Positions 1-12,215 of a stretch of 64,000 bases of DNA are shown here, one piece after another; positions within the stretch are counted from its first letter, which is position 1; the number at the start of each line of letters is the position of its first letter. The stretch is from positions 47,990,001 to 48,054,000 of the forward strand of contig OZ076409.1 of NCBI GenBank assembly GCA_964187785.1. Reading direction: 5' to 3'. Source of the stretch: Amphiscolops sp. MND2022. Its lineage: Eukaryota. Both the position numbers and the translations under genes were made by a program. Below the pieces are notes generated by a model. That model saw only the letters and a program-made list of their open reading frames with translations, did no database searches and had not been told where the DNA came from.

Positions 1-447
1 TCGAATTTTGAATTTCCTTTAACTTGACTCATTTATATACCTAATATACTGCAGAGGCAATCCGTTTAGTTTTGTACTTAATTAGCGCTCTTCAACTGTT
101 CGACAAGTTTTCCTTCATTTCTTTTCGGCCATTTGTTATCTACGAGTTGTATTCGACGAGTTGTTTTCGGCGAGTTTCCGCGAACCGAAAAAGCCAGATA
201 AGTACTAGAGAGTCCAAATTCGAATCGGTTTTGCGCTGGTTGGTGATTTTTTAGCTGTCACTGATTGAACTGCCGATTTTTAGCTCCAATGAAATAGTCT
301 CCAAAATGTAATAAAACACTGAATTGTAATGTGAAATCGAACTGACATCAACTATTTCAATTGTGGTCATAAAAATGACAATTCTGATAAGCCTGAAATA
401 GATTGACAATTTCTTTTCTGTGCTTTTAGCTGCTTTGTCGGTTAAAT

Positions 448-845
448 TTATTTTTTAAGGAGACCCTGCCTAAGGGAAGCAGCTGCCATCTCACTTTCGG
501 GGGACATCACCCGGAAGGAGGTTTCCATCATTACCCCTACACTGCCCCCTCTACCCCCAGTATCTGATAACCCTCCGCCGCCACCCCCTCCTCCACCACT
601 GGAAGCAGCCGATTGGTCATCAGGAGAACCAATAGCAGGCACGTTGTCTATATTGAAAGAATGAAAGTTGCTTCTGTTCTGACTGCTGTTCGGATTCGAG
701 TGGTTAGATTCTGGAGTGGGGATTGACGATTCAATTATGACGTCAGGGGTCATATTGGAACAAAACCGGTGATGGTCGCTTGTCGGTGTCATTGAAAAGG
801 CCATTTGTAAAACACCCAACGAAACAAATAAATGAAAAGGGAATT
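448..845 (-). CDS. Probable terminal coding exon of a host gene (hydrophobic segment followed by Ser/Asn/poly-Gly low-complexity tail)
   Basis: GC-richer than its flanks; open ~130 codons to TAA (FPFHLFVSLGVLQMAFSM...SSGGGGGGGGGLSD...LLKK*); acceptor-like tttgtctttcaacacag| just upstream on the minus strand. No recognisable domain, and the antisense poly-Pro frame is also partly open. Confidence 0.4.
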
Positions 846-1490
846 CTGTGTTGAAAGACAAATGTATGTCGATTCTTTTCTATGCTGCTTTCATCTCTTG
901 TCTGTTTTGGCGCAGGACATGGCGTTCACATGTTCACACAGGAATTCTGGAAGATTTATGGCCACAGGAAGAGAGAGTTGAGTTGGAATAATTGATTATG
1001 CAATTACAAATGTTTCCGGCACTGCGTTCATCTAAACACAATGAAAACAAACCAAAGTTGCGCAAAAATATCCCAGACTTGCATTAGAGACTAAAATTTA
1101 TTCAATTCCGCTCTAGCGACTTCACCTAACACTTTTACCATGCTATTTTTGTAAGATTTTAGTCTAGCTAGAATTCAGCAGAAAAACAACGACCCAAAAT
1201 TTGATGAACTCTACTTCATAACTTGATCCCACATTATTCCGAACACCAGTGAAATGATTTTGTATCATTTTTTGTAATTTGAACCCAGTAAAAGCTCTAG
1301 GCTTCGGAGAATTATAGAAACGCAAGTGCATTGAATTCGAGTTTCACGTTGCATACCAAATTAGATTTTTAATTCTGATAGACCAATTACTGTGATGCTC
1401 GCCATTAAATACCTGATGGATTTGAAATTCGAACCTTTTCTTGAGAAAAGACATTAGCATGCTCTCCCTTGTTGAAACTGCTTGAACTTT

Positions 1491-2399
1491 CCCTGGTTGA
1501 CCATCATGGCTATTTCATGGATATTCATCCATGATCATGGATTGTTCAACACATTACATACTTATTCATGGAAAAACATCGATGATTCATGGGAGAATGA
1601 CGCTTCATGGATTTTCATCCATGATTGTCATCCATGAATCATCTATGATTTGCCATGTTGAAAAATTCGTTCAAAGTAGGCAAAATTTTCTGTACGTGTA
1701 TCTTCCCATGAAATGGAGGTTTTTTGTTGTTTATTGTCGTTTTTGCTATTATTGGAATTTCAGGTTTACTTTTATGATAAAGTAGGATAGGTAGGATTTC
1801 AGGCCGCAAAATGGTAGGGTTTTCGCTTTTTGTGAGGCATTTTTTTAACTTCCTAATCAAAAACTTGGTATTATGGCCTCATTATTTTCATGATCAAAGA
1901 AACAAACACACACAGTATCTTCACAAACACAGTATAAGGACTTGGGTAATACTCTGCAAGCTCTGCTTGCAGAGAACCTAGAAAGTCCGACATCTTGGAA
2001 TATAATTTCTCTGTTTCAGGTAATTTTGTTATGGAAATGATTTTTCGAAGAGATGTCAAATCCCATGATATCCGCTTAATTTATGCTCTTCTCAGGTGTT
2101 TTGATCATTTTTGAGGGTATTTTTGTAATCTATCAATCCAAAAACTAGATTATTTGGTGTTATTCTTTTCATAATTCGTCGAATCTAGTGTATTCAGTTT
2201 AACGGCCAGTTCAAGGACTGGACCTTCTCATTAATTTGCATCGACGATCATCCTCGGCATCGTGGATTTTCATCCATGATTCATGGGTTTCCATCCATGA
2301 ATCATTCATGAATCATGGATATCTTTCCAAGATCATGGAATGATTCATGGATGAATCATGGATGAATATCCATGAATTAGCCCTGATGGTTAACCTGGG
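1491..2399. mobile_element. Non-autonomous TIR element (MITE), CCC...GGG termini, 2-bp TT TSD; CMC/EnSpm-like
   Basis: Left end ccctggttgaccatcatggctatttcatggatattcatccatg matches the reverse complement of the right end (cccaggttaaccatcagggctaattcatggatattcatccatg). Subterminal ATCCATGA/TCATGG repeats. An empty-site version (gcttgaaacttttacatg) is at ~46961-46978. Confidence 0.85.
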
Positions 2400-4619
2400 T
2401 TTACATGTCTTTGAAAGTTAGCATTTATGATTTCCAAAAATTGTTTACAGAATTTTTCATGTCAAAAAATTTTCCTGTTTTAAATTATCAAGCTGTTTGA
2501 AAAATTAAAGTTTTGGCAGCCATGAAGTTTTGCAACTTTCATTATGTATCAGTTCTATATCTTAAACGAGGTGCTTGAAAGGAGGTGATTACATTCAACA
2601 AATCTGGAAAGATTTTCGATTTTGATTTCTACAGTGGATTCTGCTTGGTAATCCTAGAAAATTTACTGCCGGAATCTTACTGAATTTTCTAGGTTTTAAG
2701 AAAATTTGCCGTGCATTCAAGCCTGCAGCATGTAAAAAAAAGAAATCGAAAAGGAATTCAATGCTGGTCGTTTAAAGTCCGGCATAAATTTTTGTGTCTT
2801 GACTTTCAGCACTGGCCGAATACATGAACTATTCATTTTAGGTACACTTAAATTTATACTGAATAGCAAATCTATTTTTAAAACGCTTGTTAAAAGAAGC
2901 AGAAAGTTCGTTTTCCCCATTTCTACAAAGTGAACGCCGAATAAGCAGTGTTTTTCTAAGTCGGCGACTTAACGGATACCCTATAACAAGTTATAATATC
3001 ATAATTTAAAACAAGTGGTCAAGCAAGAGCGACTTTCTCAATGTCACAAAAACCTGATTGTTCAACGTTGCACTTCTCAATTTGCTGTTTTTCGCCAAAT
3101 GCGTTATTTTTTGCCATGATCATACGATTAAGCTAGAGAAGACGGACTTGGTTAAGGCCCAACAATGATAAGTTGGGAGATTCGTACCTCATACTGCCCA
3201 ATTACTGTTCAAATTTTTCTACTACTTCACCGCGGTTGTTGGAATGTTTGCATATGTCCACCAAAAATGCACTTCTTTCTAGGAGCTAATTAATCACTTT
3301 ATAGATTGTACGTTTCCTGCTGCAAGACTTTTCCATCCATGCTCATATGCTTTTTCCGAATGTTTTTAAATTGTCGGCTAAATTTTAACTTTTTCTACTT
3401 CCAACCATAGTCCATTTTTTTTCAAAAATTCTTGTTCAATTGAGATTTCAAAATGCCATTTTTCTCACAATTTTTCTCTGCTATATTCCAATTTTATACC
3501 CAAAAGATAAACTCTCAATAGAAAATATCATGGGTTGGCCAATAGTGAGCAGCTTAAAAACAGGCTGTTTAGGAGAGTGGTACTTTTGTGGTACAATTTG
3601 TTTCGAAATACTGAAACTGTTCAACCAGACGTATGAAAGTTGAATACATTTCTAATAAGAAACTCGTCAATGACATCGGTGGAATCTCAATATAGTGAGA
3701 ATTGTTGGAGTGATTATCGTTTAAAGTAGTCAAATGTTAATGTTCAGTCTTTGCTTTTCAAATTTTTGTTAATGTTTAATTTTTAAGTAATTCTGTTTTT
3801 ACGCTGTCCTTCAAATATATATTTTCTTTAATTTTTTTTATTTCATATGGAGTTCACTGCAGGTGTCCTCTTCTGTGTTTAGCTAGACAAATGTGGTTTT
3901 GTTAACCTAGTGAGCCTCCCCGAAACTTTTTGACACTGTTCAACTTGACACTGAAAAAGTGATTCCTGAAAAATTGTTTCCTTGAAAACGGTTTCTCTTG
4001 AGCTTTTTTGTTCAAAGAAACTGTTGTTGGAGGTTATGTTGATGAGAACCATCTCAGTAAACTTCTCCTTTTCAAATTTTTAGATGTTTCAAGTTAGTGA
4101 AAATTCAATTTTTGAGTAAATCTTCAATTCTGAATGAACTCTAGATCTAAATTGATTTCTCCCTTCAATTTTTCATTCAATGGGCTCCTTTGATTTTTTT
4201 CACATTTCTTAACCAATTCAAAAAGTGAGTGAGACAAAAGGTCTTCTTTTCTGGGTGCTTGGTAGCACTTTGCGAGATTTTTTTCTGTGTTTTCTACTCC
4301 CTTTCAGCTTTTTTTTATGTTTTCCGTTAATTATTTTCGTAATTAAACGAGTTTTCTTCATGCCTAAAGATTAGCCTTTTTTCGAACTTGTATCAAAATT
4401 GAATTTGTTTTGCCAAAATGTTTTGAGAAGTGTCAAACTCACACTAACTTCAATTTTTTTGTATTCCTCCAAAATGGCAGAATACTAACTGTTTTCCGAT
4501 ATAAACCCGCTGAACCCAATTATCACGCGCTGAAACTTATCAGGACGCTGAAAATTATCAAGACCGGCTCTGAAGTTCCTGTAAACCTTGTTTGCACTTT
4601 CAGATCGTGTCCGAAAAAC

Positions 4620-5760
4620 CTTTTCCACTGGTTATCCAGTGAGTTTAGATCTTACTCCAGTGATTTTTTGGGTGATTTTATATCTCATTTCAGTGGTTTT
4701 TTCTGTAAATTTAGACTTGAACCAGTGGTTTTTTGAGTGGCTTTAGATCTTGTTCCAGTGTTTTTCTTGGTAATTCTAGATATATTCCAGTGGGTTTTTT
4801 TTAGTGATTTTAGATCTCATTTTAGTGGTTTTTTGGTACGTTTAGATCTTATTGAAGTGGTTATCCAGCTTGGGTTCGATGTCATTATAGTGGATTCTTT
4901 CCTTGAACTCGTACCTTTCTAGCTTCTCCAGTGTCGACAGTGTACTTTTTACCGGGCGTTTCTGAGAAAAATACCTTTTTCAAATTTCTGATTTCAGTTT
5001 TGAATTTAGTCTTGATACATGTCATGGTTTTTTTTGCTTCTCCAATTATACCCATGTCTTCATGAAACTTTCTGATTCTCTCAGTATTTGTCCCTTATTT
5101 TCCACTTGAGGTGATCAAAAAACCCATTTTTCCCTTAGCTTCGAGAGTCGAAAGATCGTTTTTTACTATGTTTTTACGAAGGTAGCAGGCTTTTTTTTTC
5201 AAAGCACAGGATAACTCCATGTTTTTCCAAGATGCAGAGAATTTTTACATGTTTTTACAAGATGCAGGGAAGTTTTTGTAAAATTTTCCATGCAGGATCT
5301 AGAAATTTTCTACAATTTATCAAAATGATCCATGCATGCATGCGCATGTGAAATTTTTTCTGCAATTTTGACTAGGGCATTGCAGCGTTTTAATCTTACG
5401 TTGATTCAAAGACGACTCAAAAATTCAAAAAACGGAGCTTCTGTAAGCTGTTTTGAGCTTTCCGGACTTTTGGTTTCCAGGCCTGGCCAGGGATGGTCCA
5501 TCCCTGGCCAGGGATAAAAGTGGCGATTGCCATCCCTGGTCCATCCATGGACCAGGCCTGGCCAGGGATGGAACTGCCATGGACCATCCATGGCCATGGA
5601 TGGAATGCCATGGAGTCTCAGTACGGGAGTGAGTTAAGATCTTATTCCAGTGGTTTTTTCGGTAATTTTTGATTCAAACCAGTGGTTTTTCGGTAGTTTT
5701 AGATCTTATTCCAGTGGTTTTTCGATAACTCTAGATCTTATTCCTGTAGTTTTTCCAGTA
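4620..5760. repeat. ~33-35 bp tandem repeat (TTTAGATCTTATTCCAGTGG core) interrupted by other repeat DNA
   Basis: Repeated tagatcttattccagtgg units at ~4645-4860 and ~5635-5760; the same TAGATCTTATTC core recurs at ~47630-47735, ~54340-54450 and ~55880-55990. Confidence 0.7.
5478..5628. repeat. Palindrome-rich arm of a MITE (CCTGGCCAGG/CCATGG repeats ending ...cagtacggg)
   Basis: Multiple ggcctggccagggatgg and ccatgg motifs ending in GGG, like the other CCC...GGG MITE arms; partner arm not found. Confidence 0.5.
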
Positions 5761-6466
5761 ATAACCCTCTTTGTGGTGGCCACCGGTGGGGCTGCGATGG
5801 GAAGTGCGGTGGCCACCGGTGGGTTGCCCTGGGTTGTCAGCACGGGTGGCTCAATTTTAATGAGGGTAAAAAGTTTCTATTTTTTCCCCAAATTGAACAA
5901 TAGCACAATTTTCCGCCAGAGCATGTAACAACTAAAATGCCTCAAGTCCGACTTATCAGTTATTACCAAATTATATCAGACGAAGTCAAAACAAATATTA
6001 TTTTGACTTGTCATTCTGGAATGCCATATGCAAAATTGCATGAAATAGTTTTCAGAAGGGTTGAGAATTTTCAAAATAAATATCTTCCTTCGTGTATTTT
6101 TTGTATGATCAAAAACTTTCAATAGTTGGCCCCTGATTGATTCAAATTCTTTGCTTATTTTGAACCTTGAGCAGAGCGACGACTTCTTTTTATCAAGCAG
6201 TAACACGCCTGCACGCCTGACACTTCAAGTTATTGATGAAAAGTTATCCAAAAAAATCTTGAAATCTCACAGCGCCCAAGATATTTAAAAGGAGGACCCT
6301 TTGGCTTGAAAAAACCCTTTCCGAACTAAAAACATTAAAAAAACGGAAACGAGAAGCTTTCTGTGAAAAATAAGATTCGATGATCAGCCATATAAAAAAG
6401 CTACATATTATGTTAATTCGAAGAATAGTGTCAAAAAATAATATGGAGGAACTCCTTTGATTATAT

Positions 6467-7045
6467 CTATATGTTGTAAGCTTGGTCTATGAACTCGTCT
6501 TGAAGACAATTACGACTAAACTCACTTCTTGAATTGCTTCTGATTTTTTCTTTGCAGTAATTTTCGGCAATATATTCCGGTCTCTCAGCCGGAACATTCC
6601 ATCCCTTTTGTGTCACATGTCCCGATCCGGTCTTAAGGGCATTGTGGATTTGTGGCAATACTTGATTGCTAATTGCATCACTAATTGCCCTCTGGATCTG
6701 AACACTAACACTATTCATCATCTCATCCATTTCGCTAGATATCCTCGAGTTCAGTTCACTTGATAGCCTATTGATCTCTGCACTAAAGTTGGTGCTCGTA
6801 GAATTTTGGCCGAGACCGGTATTGTTACTTGGCCTGATCTCTCTAGGATTTAAATACATGTTTTCCTCAGTATTCTCAGAAACATTACTATTAACCTTTT
6901 TAGGTCTTCTAGCAAGGTTGCTATTCACACTTTCCTCTCTTTCAAGGTGATCTCTACCTAATATTATGTCAAGGTTTTCAATATCGGACAACATTTCTTG
7001 TCCTCTTGATTTTCTTGCCTTCTTTTGTTTTCTAGTAGTAGGCAT
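6467..7045 (-). CDS. LTR-encoded ORF (MPTTRKQKK...), probably the N-terminal part of a retrotransposon ORF1/Gag cut off at the LTR edge
   Basis: 192-aa intact ORF; blocks MPTTRKQKKxRKSRG-E-LSDIENLDI and AEINRLSSELNSRIS-EMDEMMN-V--QIQRAI--AIS-QVLPQI are shared with 63036-63671; the stop codon lies in the flanking TSD, not in the element. Confidence 0.7.
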   Translation of the reverse strand: MPTTRKQKKARKSRGQEMLSDIENLDIILGRDHLEREESVNSNLARRPKKVNSNVSENTEENMYLNPREIRPSNNTGLGQNSTSTNFSAEINRLSSELNSRISSEMDEMMNSVSVQIQRAISDAISNQVLPQIHNALKTGSGHVTQKGWNVPAERPEYIAENYCKEKIRSNSRSEFSRNCLQDEFIDQAYNI

Positions 7046-8264
7046 TGAAGAAAGTCGAGCGAAAATACTTGAATTAATCTTGTTCGGAAAATTAAGTTGA
7101 GTGGGTTGAATGATAAACCGTTTTGGTCATCAAACAGAATCAGAGCAAACAAAATAGATTTGGCTCTCTCTCAGGGGAAGCATGGGTATATGTGGGTCCC
7201 CAGGAGAGTGACAATCACATTTTTTACACTCTTAAATAAATCAGGTGACATACTAAACATGGAACAACATAATTTTGGGATTACATATATTATGGAATGC
7301 GTTTGAACAGATTAAATACATTTTTTAAAACACAAAGATGTGCATCAAAGGGAGGCGGAGGAGTTTGTCCTAGCAATCGTAAACAAATAGTATTTGACTG
7401 ATTATCGGGTCTAGCACTTCAAAGTGTTGTTTATTACAGAAGGAATGTGAGTTATTTCACGGCACGTGCCTGCGCGTGCAAGCAAGTTTATCAAATCCAC
7501 GAAACGGTTTCATGCAAAATTGGAAAAAAAAAACAAAATCGGTGTAGCTCAATATTGTAGCCCGATACGGTTATTTGACTGGGGAACTAGTTGATAATGA
7601 TGGCCGGAATAGGCCTAGGGACAGGTATTCAAGATACCGCTGGTCATTATTAGACACTTTAATCAGACTCAGGTGGCTAGTTAGCCCCTTCTAGTATAAA
7701 TACAGCTACAAAACTGTAAATCATAGGAATATTCATATTTCAAAGCATCACAAATTACTTCTCAAAGCATCGCAAATAACAGTTAGTGAAATGGCCTGAA
7801 CCGGCCATTTGCCTAATGTCTTGTACAGTAAGCACAAAATAGCGTCAGACGGCCATATCCGGCTAATTGAATTGAAAATGTACACAGCACAGTAAATGGA
7901 AGGATCTGATTGGTTAATGTAACGAGCTCAAGTGACGTCTTTTCCGGAATAGAAGTTACGTGCACTTGAACTCGTTTCCGTTCAGCTGTATACTTGTATG
8001 CTTTATCTACTGTATTGAATATTCCATTGCATTGCAAATTCTAATGTATTAAGCATCTCGATTCTCATTTTCAAATGTGAACATTAACAGACTAATAGTA
8101 GGAAACAACAATAATGTACAGAACATACTGAATACCATAGTTTAGGCGGAAAATAGTTTGTTTTGATTTTAGTTTTCAATATATGGGCAAAGTGCCGGGT
8201 ACTACTTCTTGTCCAATTGCGGTCGTTGTGATTCTTGTGCCGTCACAGGCGGCAGCCTGCGACG
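6472..8264 (-). mobile_element. Solo LTR (~1.79 kb) containing an internal ORF
   Basis: Minus-strand termini cgtcgcagg... (degenerate TG) and ...cttacaACA; 5-bp direct repeat CTATA on both sides (6467-6471, 8265-8269); related copy at 63086-64000. Confidence 0.75.
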
Positions 8265-9302
8265 CTATATCTGAAGCGTGTAGAACGTTTTGCCCGGATT
8301 GAAAGAAAACGATAGAAAACGACTATAACAGTCGTGTTTTGTTTTTCCAAAAGCACTAACTAAAAAAGGAAACAAAAAAAACAAGACCACACTTGGAAAT
8401 CGAAAAAAAAACAAATTGAACAGAATAATATTTTCAACTCTTCAAGTTTAGCTACTTTAGTTTGACTAATAATTTCCTTACTTTATTACACATAGAAACG
8501 CATACAAGGAAATATGATCAACTGGAAAAAAATCTCAAATCATGCCTCTCTTTGGAACGACAGGAATTGTTACATGTGCATGATAGCGTAGCTGCTTCAA
8601 AAATTCAAATTTTGTGCACATACAGAAACATTGTTGTTGCAACGTATGCCAACTGATAATTGTAACGATGAATCTGGCCTCTCACCATAGTTGTTGAACC
8701 TTTTCCAGGAAAAGTCTGTTTCTTTTAGATTTTTGAAACTAAATTAAGAAAAAATTTTCTGTCAATGAATGTTTGCAGATAGAACGATTTTTCCAGATAG
8801 AATTGGTCAACTGTGATTATAACTGTGATATCTATAGATACCTTTTTCTTCAAATTTTAATTGGCGGTAAAAATTGACACTTAGACTTACAGAAACTTGT
8901 TTTAACCTGCATCTGTATTTTTAAACTGAAAGATACTTATTCAAATTTATGACAGAGCATCTACGGGTTTTCATTTCTTATTTTCAAAAATCTTCATATC
9001 AGAAATATAGAAAAAAGTTCAAGTGTTTTTCCAACAAGCTGATTGTCAAGAGTGAAAATGTCTAGATTTGATTATCTAAAATACGACCTTTTCAGGCAAT
9101 CAATTGCACGTGCTTCACCGATTCAGTAGTTTTTTTCGTTTGCCACCGTGCGTAAACTTCTTTGAAAATATAGAAAAAAAACTCGAGATTTTAGCTGATT
9201 GCAAAATTCATTTGAAGTCATCAATTAGAATGAAGAAAAGTGTTTTAGGAATCAAACAAAAAACAATACTGTGATTAAGAAATCACCCCAGGGCCGACTT
9301 TA

Positions 9303-10302
9303 CCCTTGTTGGAAATGCTTGAAATTTTTCGCATGATCTTTGAAGTCGCAAACAACTTTTAATATGATTTTCTAAAATTTCTTTGGAAACTTTCATGTGG
9401 AAATATTTCATTTTCTTGTTGTACTTGACTTTTATCGAGCACTTGGAAGACGCATTCTAAATTTGGCAGCAATTTGAAGTCCTGTAGTTTTGCAGGTTTC
9501 ATTGAGAAGCAATTTCATTTTTAAATGCAAATAAGATGTTATCAATTTTATTGCCATTTTAATGCGAATAGACATCATTCACAATGTAAACTGCAAACTA
9601 GAGTCATTTCCAGCTTGCTATTTGAGAAGCTGTGATTACATCAGACCAGTAGTCAAAAAATTAAAGTGTGAAAACAACGTGATCGTGTCGGTAACGAAGC
9701 GGGAAATATTTTTTAACAACAATTGCAATAGTCAAATTTTCAGGTAATTCGATGCTGTGCTGCAGTAAGGGTGGCTATAGTCAACAGCTTCACCAATTGT
9801 CAAAAAAAGGTTATTTTTGTCTTGTTTTTGCGTTTCTTTTCCAAAAAATGTACGCCTATCATCAATTTAGGTTCGTTCGGCCTAATTTCGAAGTCTCCAT
9901 CGTGTACATGATAGAGAGTCATTTGTTTTCCATATATTACATCAAAACTGAGTTTCAAATATCGGTTTTTTATTGCAAAAATTTGGCTTTTAGGGCGCAT
10001 TACTAAAATCACACTTCTAGAGTTTTATTTTTTCTAGAGTTTGCATTTTTGGGTCCTTCACAATTTAGGAAGTGAGACTCTGGCTGTAATGGAGAGTGTC
10101 TTCATAAATCGGATCCCTTAATTCCATGAATACTTTTGATTTGAAAATTCAATTCTTTGAGAAAATGTATAGCTTGCAAGATTATCATTGAAAAAATGTT
10201 TATCTTGAAAGATTACTGCAAGATTTCTTCAAGAAAAATGCATTTTCTTTAAAAATAAAAATGTAAGAATCTTGCAAGATAAGCATTTTTTTAAAACTAG
10301 GG
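9303..10302. mobile_element. Probable CCCT(A/T)GTT-family MITE, TA TSD
   Basis: ta|cccttgttggaaatgctt ... aagcatttttttaaaactaggg|ta; imperfect TIRs; same terminal family as 46947-48873. Confidence 0.45.
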
Positions 10303-11113
10303 TACCACATGGAGGCCACATGAATTCCAAATTCGAACCTTTTCTGGAGAAATGACCTTAGCATGTTCTACTTTAAACCTGATTGAACTTTTTACATGTA
10401 TTTGGCAACTGAGATTCATCTGATATTCCATACATCTGATATTCTCACCGAATTTTTATACGAAAATATTTTCCTGTTGTGTTCGACTTTTATCCATTCA
10501 GAAAATTTTTAGCGACCATGAAGTTTTGCCACTTTCATTATGTATCAGTTTCACATCTTTAGCGTGTTAGCGTGCTGTTTGAGAAGCAGTGATTACATTC
10601 AAAGAAGGTGGAAAGATTTTCGATTGTGATGGCAACTGGGGAAACTGCAGGAAACTGGGGAAACTGGGGAAACGTAGGAAATTCAGTAAAATTCCGGTAA
10701 TAAATTTCATACGTTTCATAAAAAATTACCAAGCATGCAGACACGCAGCGTGTCAAAAGTTCTAGTAGTGTCGACGATGGTCAACACGATTTATTGGAAG
10801 CCGATTCGAAACTAACCAGTTCATCTAGGTTCTTGTGAATGTTAGAAGCGTAATAAGTTAGAAGAGTAATTTTAAAGATATTTAGTAGAACTGGTTTCTA
10901 ACGCCTATTAAGACGAAAAATTATAAATGCTTCGAAGTTTCGAACAACCGAAATTGGAAAATTGATTTCAAATAGTTGATAATTTTTTCCCGTGTATTCT
11001 GATAGGTTAAAATATAAAGTAAAATTCAATTAATTGAGTTAAAAACTTGTATCGGGTATTTCCGAAATTATCATATTACGTGGGCATATTACGTATCATG
11101 TATTCATATACCC

Positions 11114-11242
11114 CTAGTGCCCTAAATGCAGGAGTGAAGTGAAGCGGAGCGACGAACCACTACTATTCCAACCGCTGGTTTTGACGAAGGTCGACCTGGA
11201 GGGGTGCGAAGCGCCGGAAGGAGAAAGGCCGACTCATACAAC
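11114..11242 (+). other. GC-rich hairpin cassette (CTAGTGCCC...CATACA), copy A
   Basis: cccctagtgccctaaatgcaggag is the reverse complement of sequence at ~20543-20566; hairpin ggtgc-gaa-gcgcc at 11203-11215; ends ccgactcatacaac. Confidence 0.65.
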
Positions 11243-12121
11243 CAATGTTTGCAATATTGACTGTTCTATGCTACAATGATAGCAAAAATGATATTTGCAT
11301 TCCGCTGTTTGAGACCAATTTTCTTAAGTCGGCTGTATTTATAGTCACCGGCCAAAACTGATAAAATATGATTACAAAAATGACAAAATCGTAGCTTTTG
11401 CCAAACAGTCATTGAACTTTTTGCCCATGAGTGTATGTATACCGCCTCCTTTCACAGATTCCATTTCTTTGTTTGCTTTGGAAGCAAATTCAAATAGATT
11501 TTTGGCTACTTCAGCGATACTCCGAAACTGCCAGCAGGTCAAAAGTCAGCGAGAAATTACAGTAAGTAAAGTTTATTTGATCAAGTCAAGTTCACTTTTT
11601 AACCGAAACAATAATAGACAAGGAATTTGACACATTATGACTTTCAAAAGTAACAAATCCTAGTTTTAGGAAAATTTACAAGAAATTATAAAGATTGAGT
11701 TAATTTTCATAACCGGCATTGTGGAAAAGCTATGAAATCCATATCTTAGAGTGCCATATTTTTCTGTTCTCTTAAAGGTCATATAATGTTGTAAGTGTAA
11801 TCTCATTAAAACATGAACTGCAAGTAGAAATCAAAATTTAACCAAAAATATTACCCGGAAATACGTGGCGCTCAAGAGCTTGTTTATACCAGCGAAAACA
11901 AATGTTTATAATTATGTGGCAGATGGATGATCTAGAGCCTGGATCAGTTAACCAGTTAACTGATTAACCTGGTGATAAATTGTGCAAAATGAAAAACGAT
12001 TATTCAGTTAACGGGAAAACCTGCAGAATGTTGGATTTGAATCCCACGCCGACTGCAGTGGACGTCCTCCATGATTCTACGCAAATTTTATAAAGACTAT
12101 AGTATCAGACAAAAAATATCA

Positions 12122-12215
12122 GACAAAAAGTTCTGATAACTAGTCTTAGCAAACAGTTCTGATAACTATAGTTATCAGAACTGTTTGCTAAGACTAGTTA
12201 TCAGAACTTTTTGTC
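12122..12215. repeat. Perfect 94-bp palindrome (47-bp arms, no spacer)
   Basis: gacaaaaagttctgataactagtcttagcaaacagttctgataacta|tagttatcagaactgtttgctaagactagttatcagaactttttgtc. Confidence 0.97.

Noticed and set aside
12028..12070. tRNA B-box-like motifs (also ~49325, ~60270)
   Set aside because: No cloverleaf or A box recoverable; at most decayed SINE fragments.
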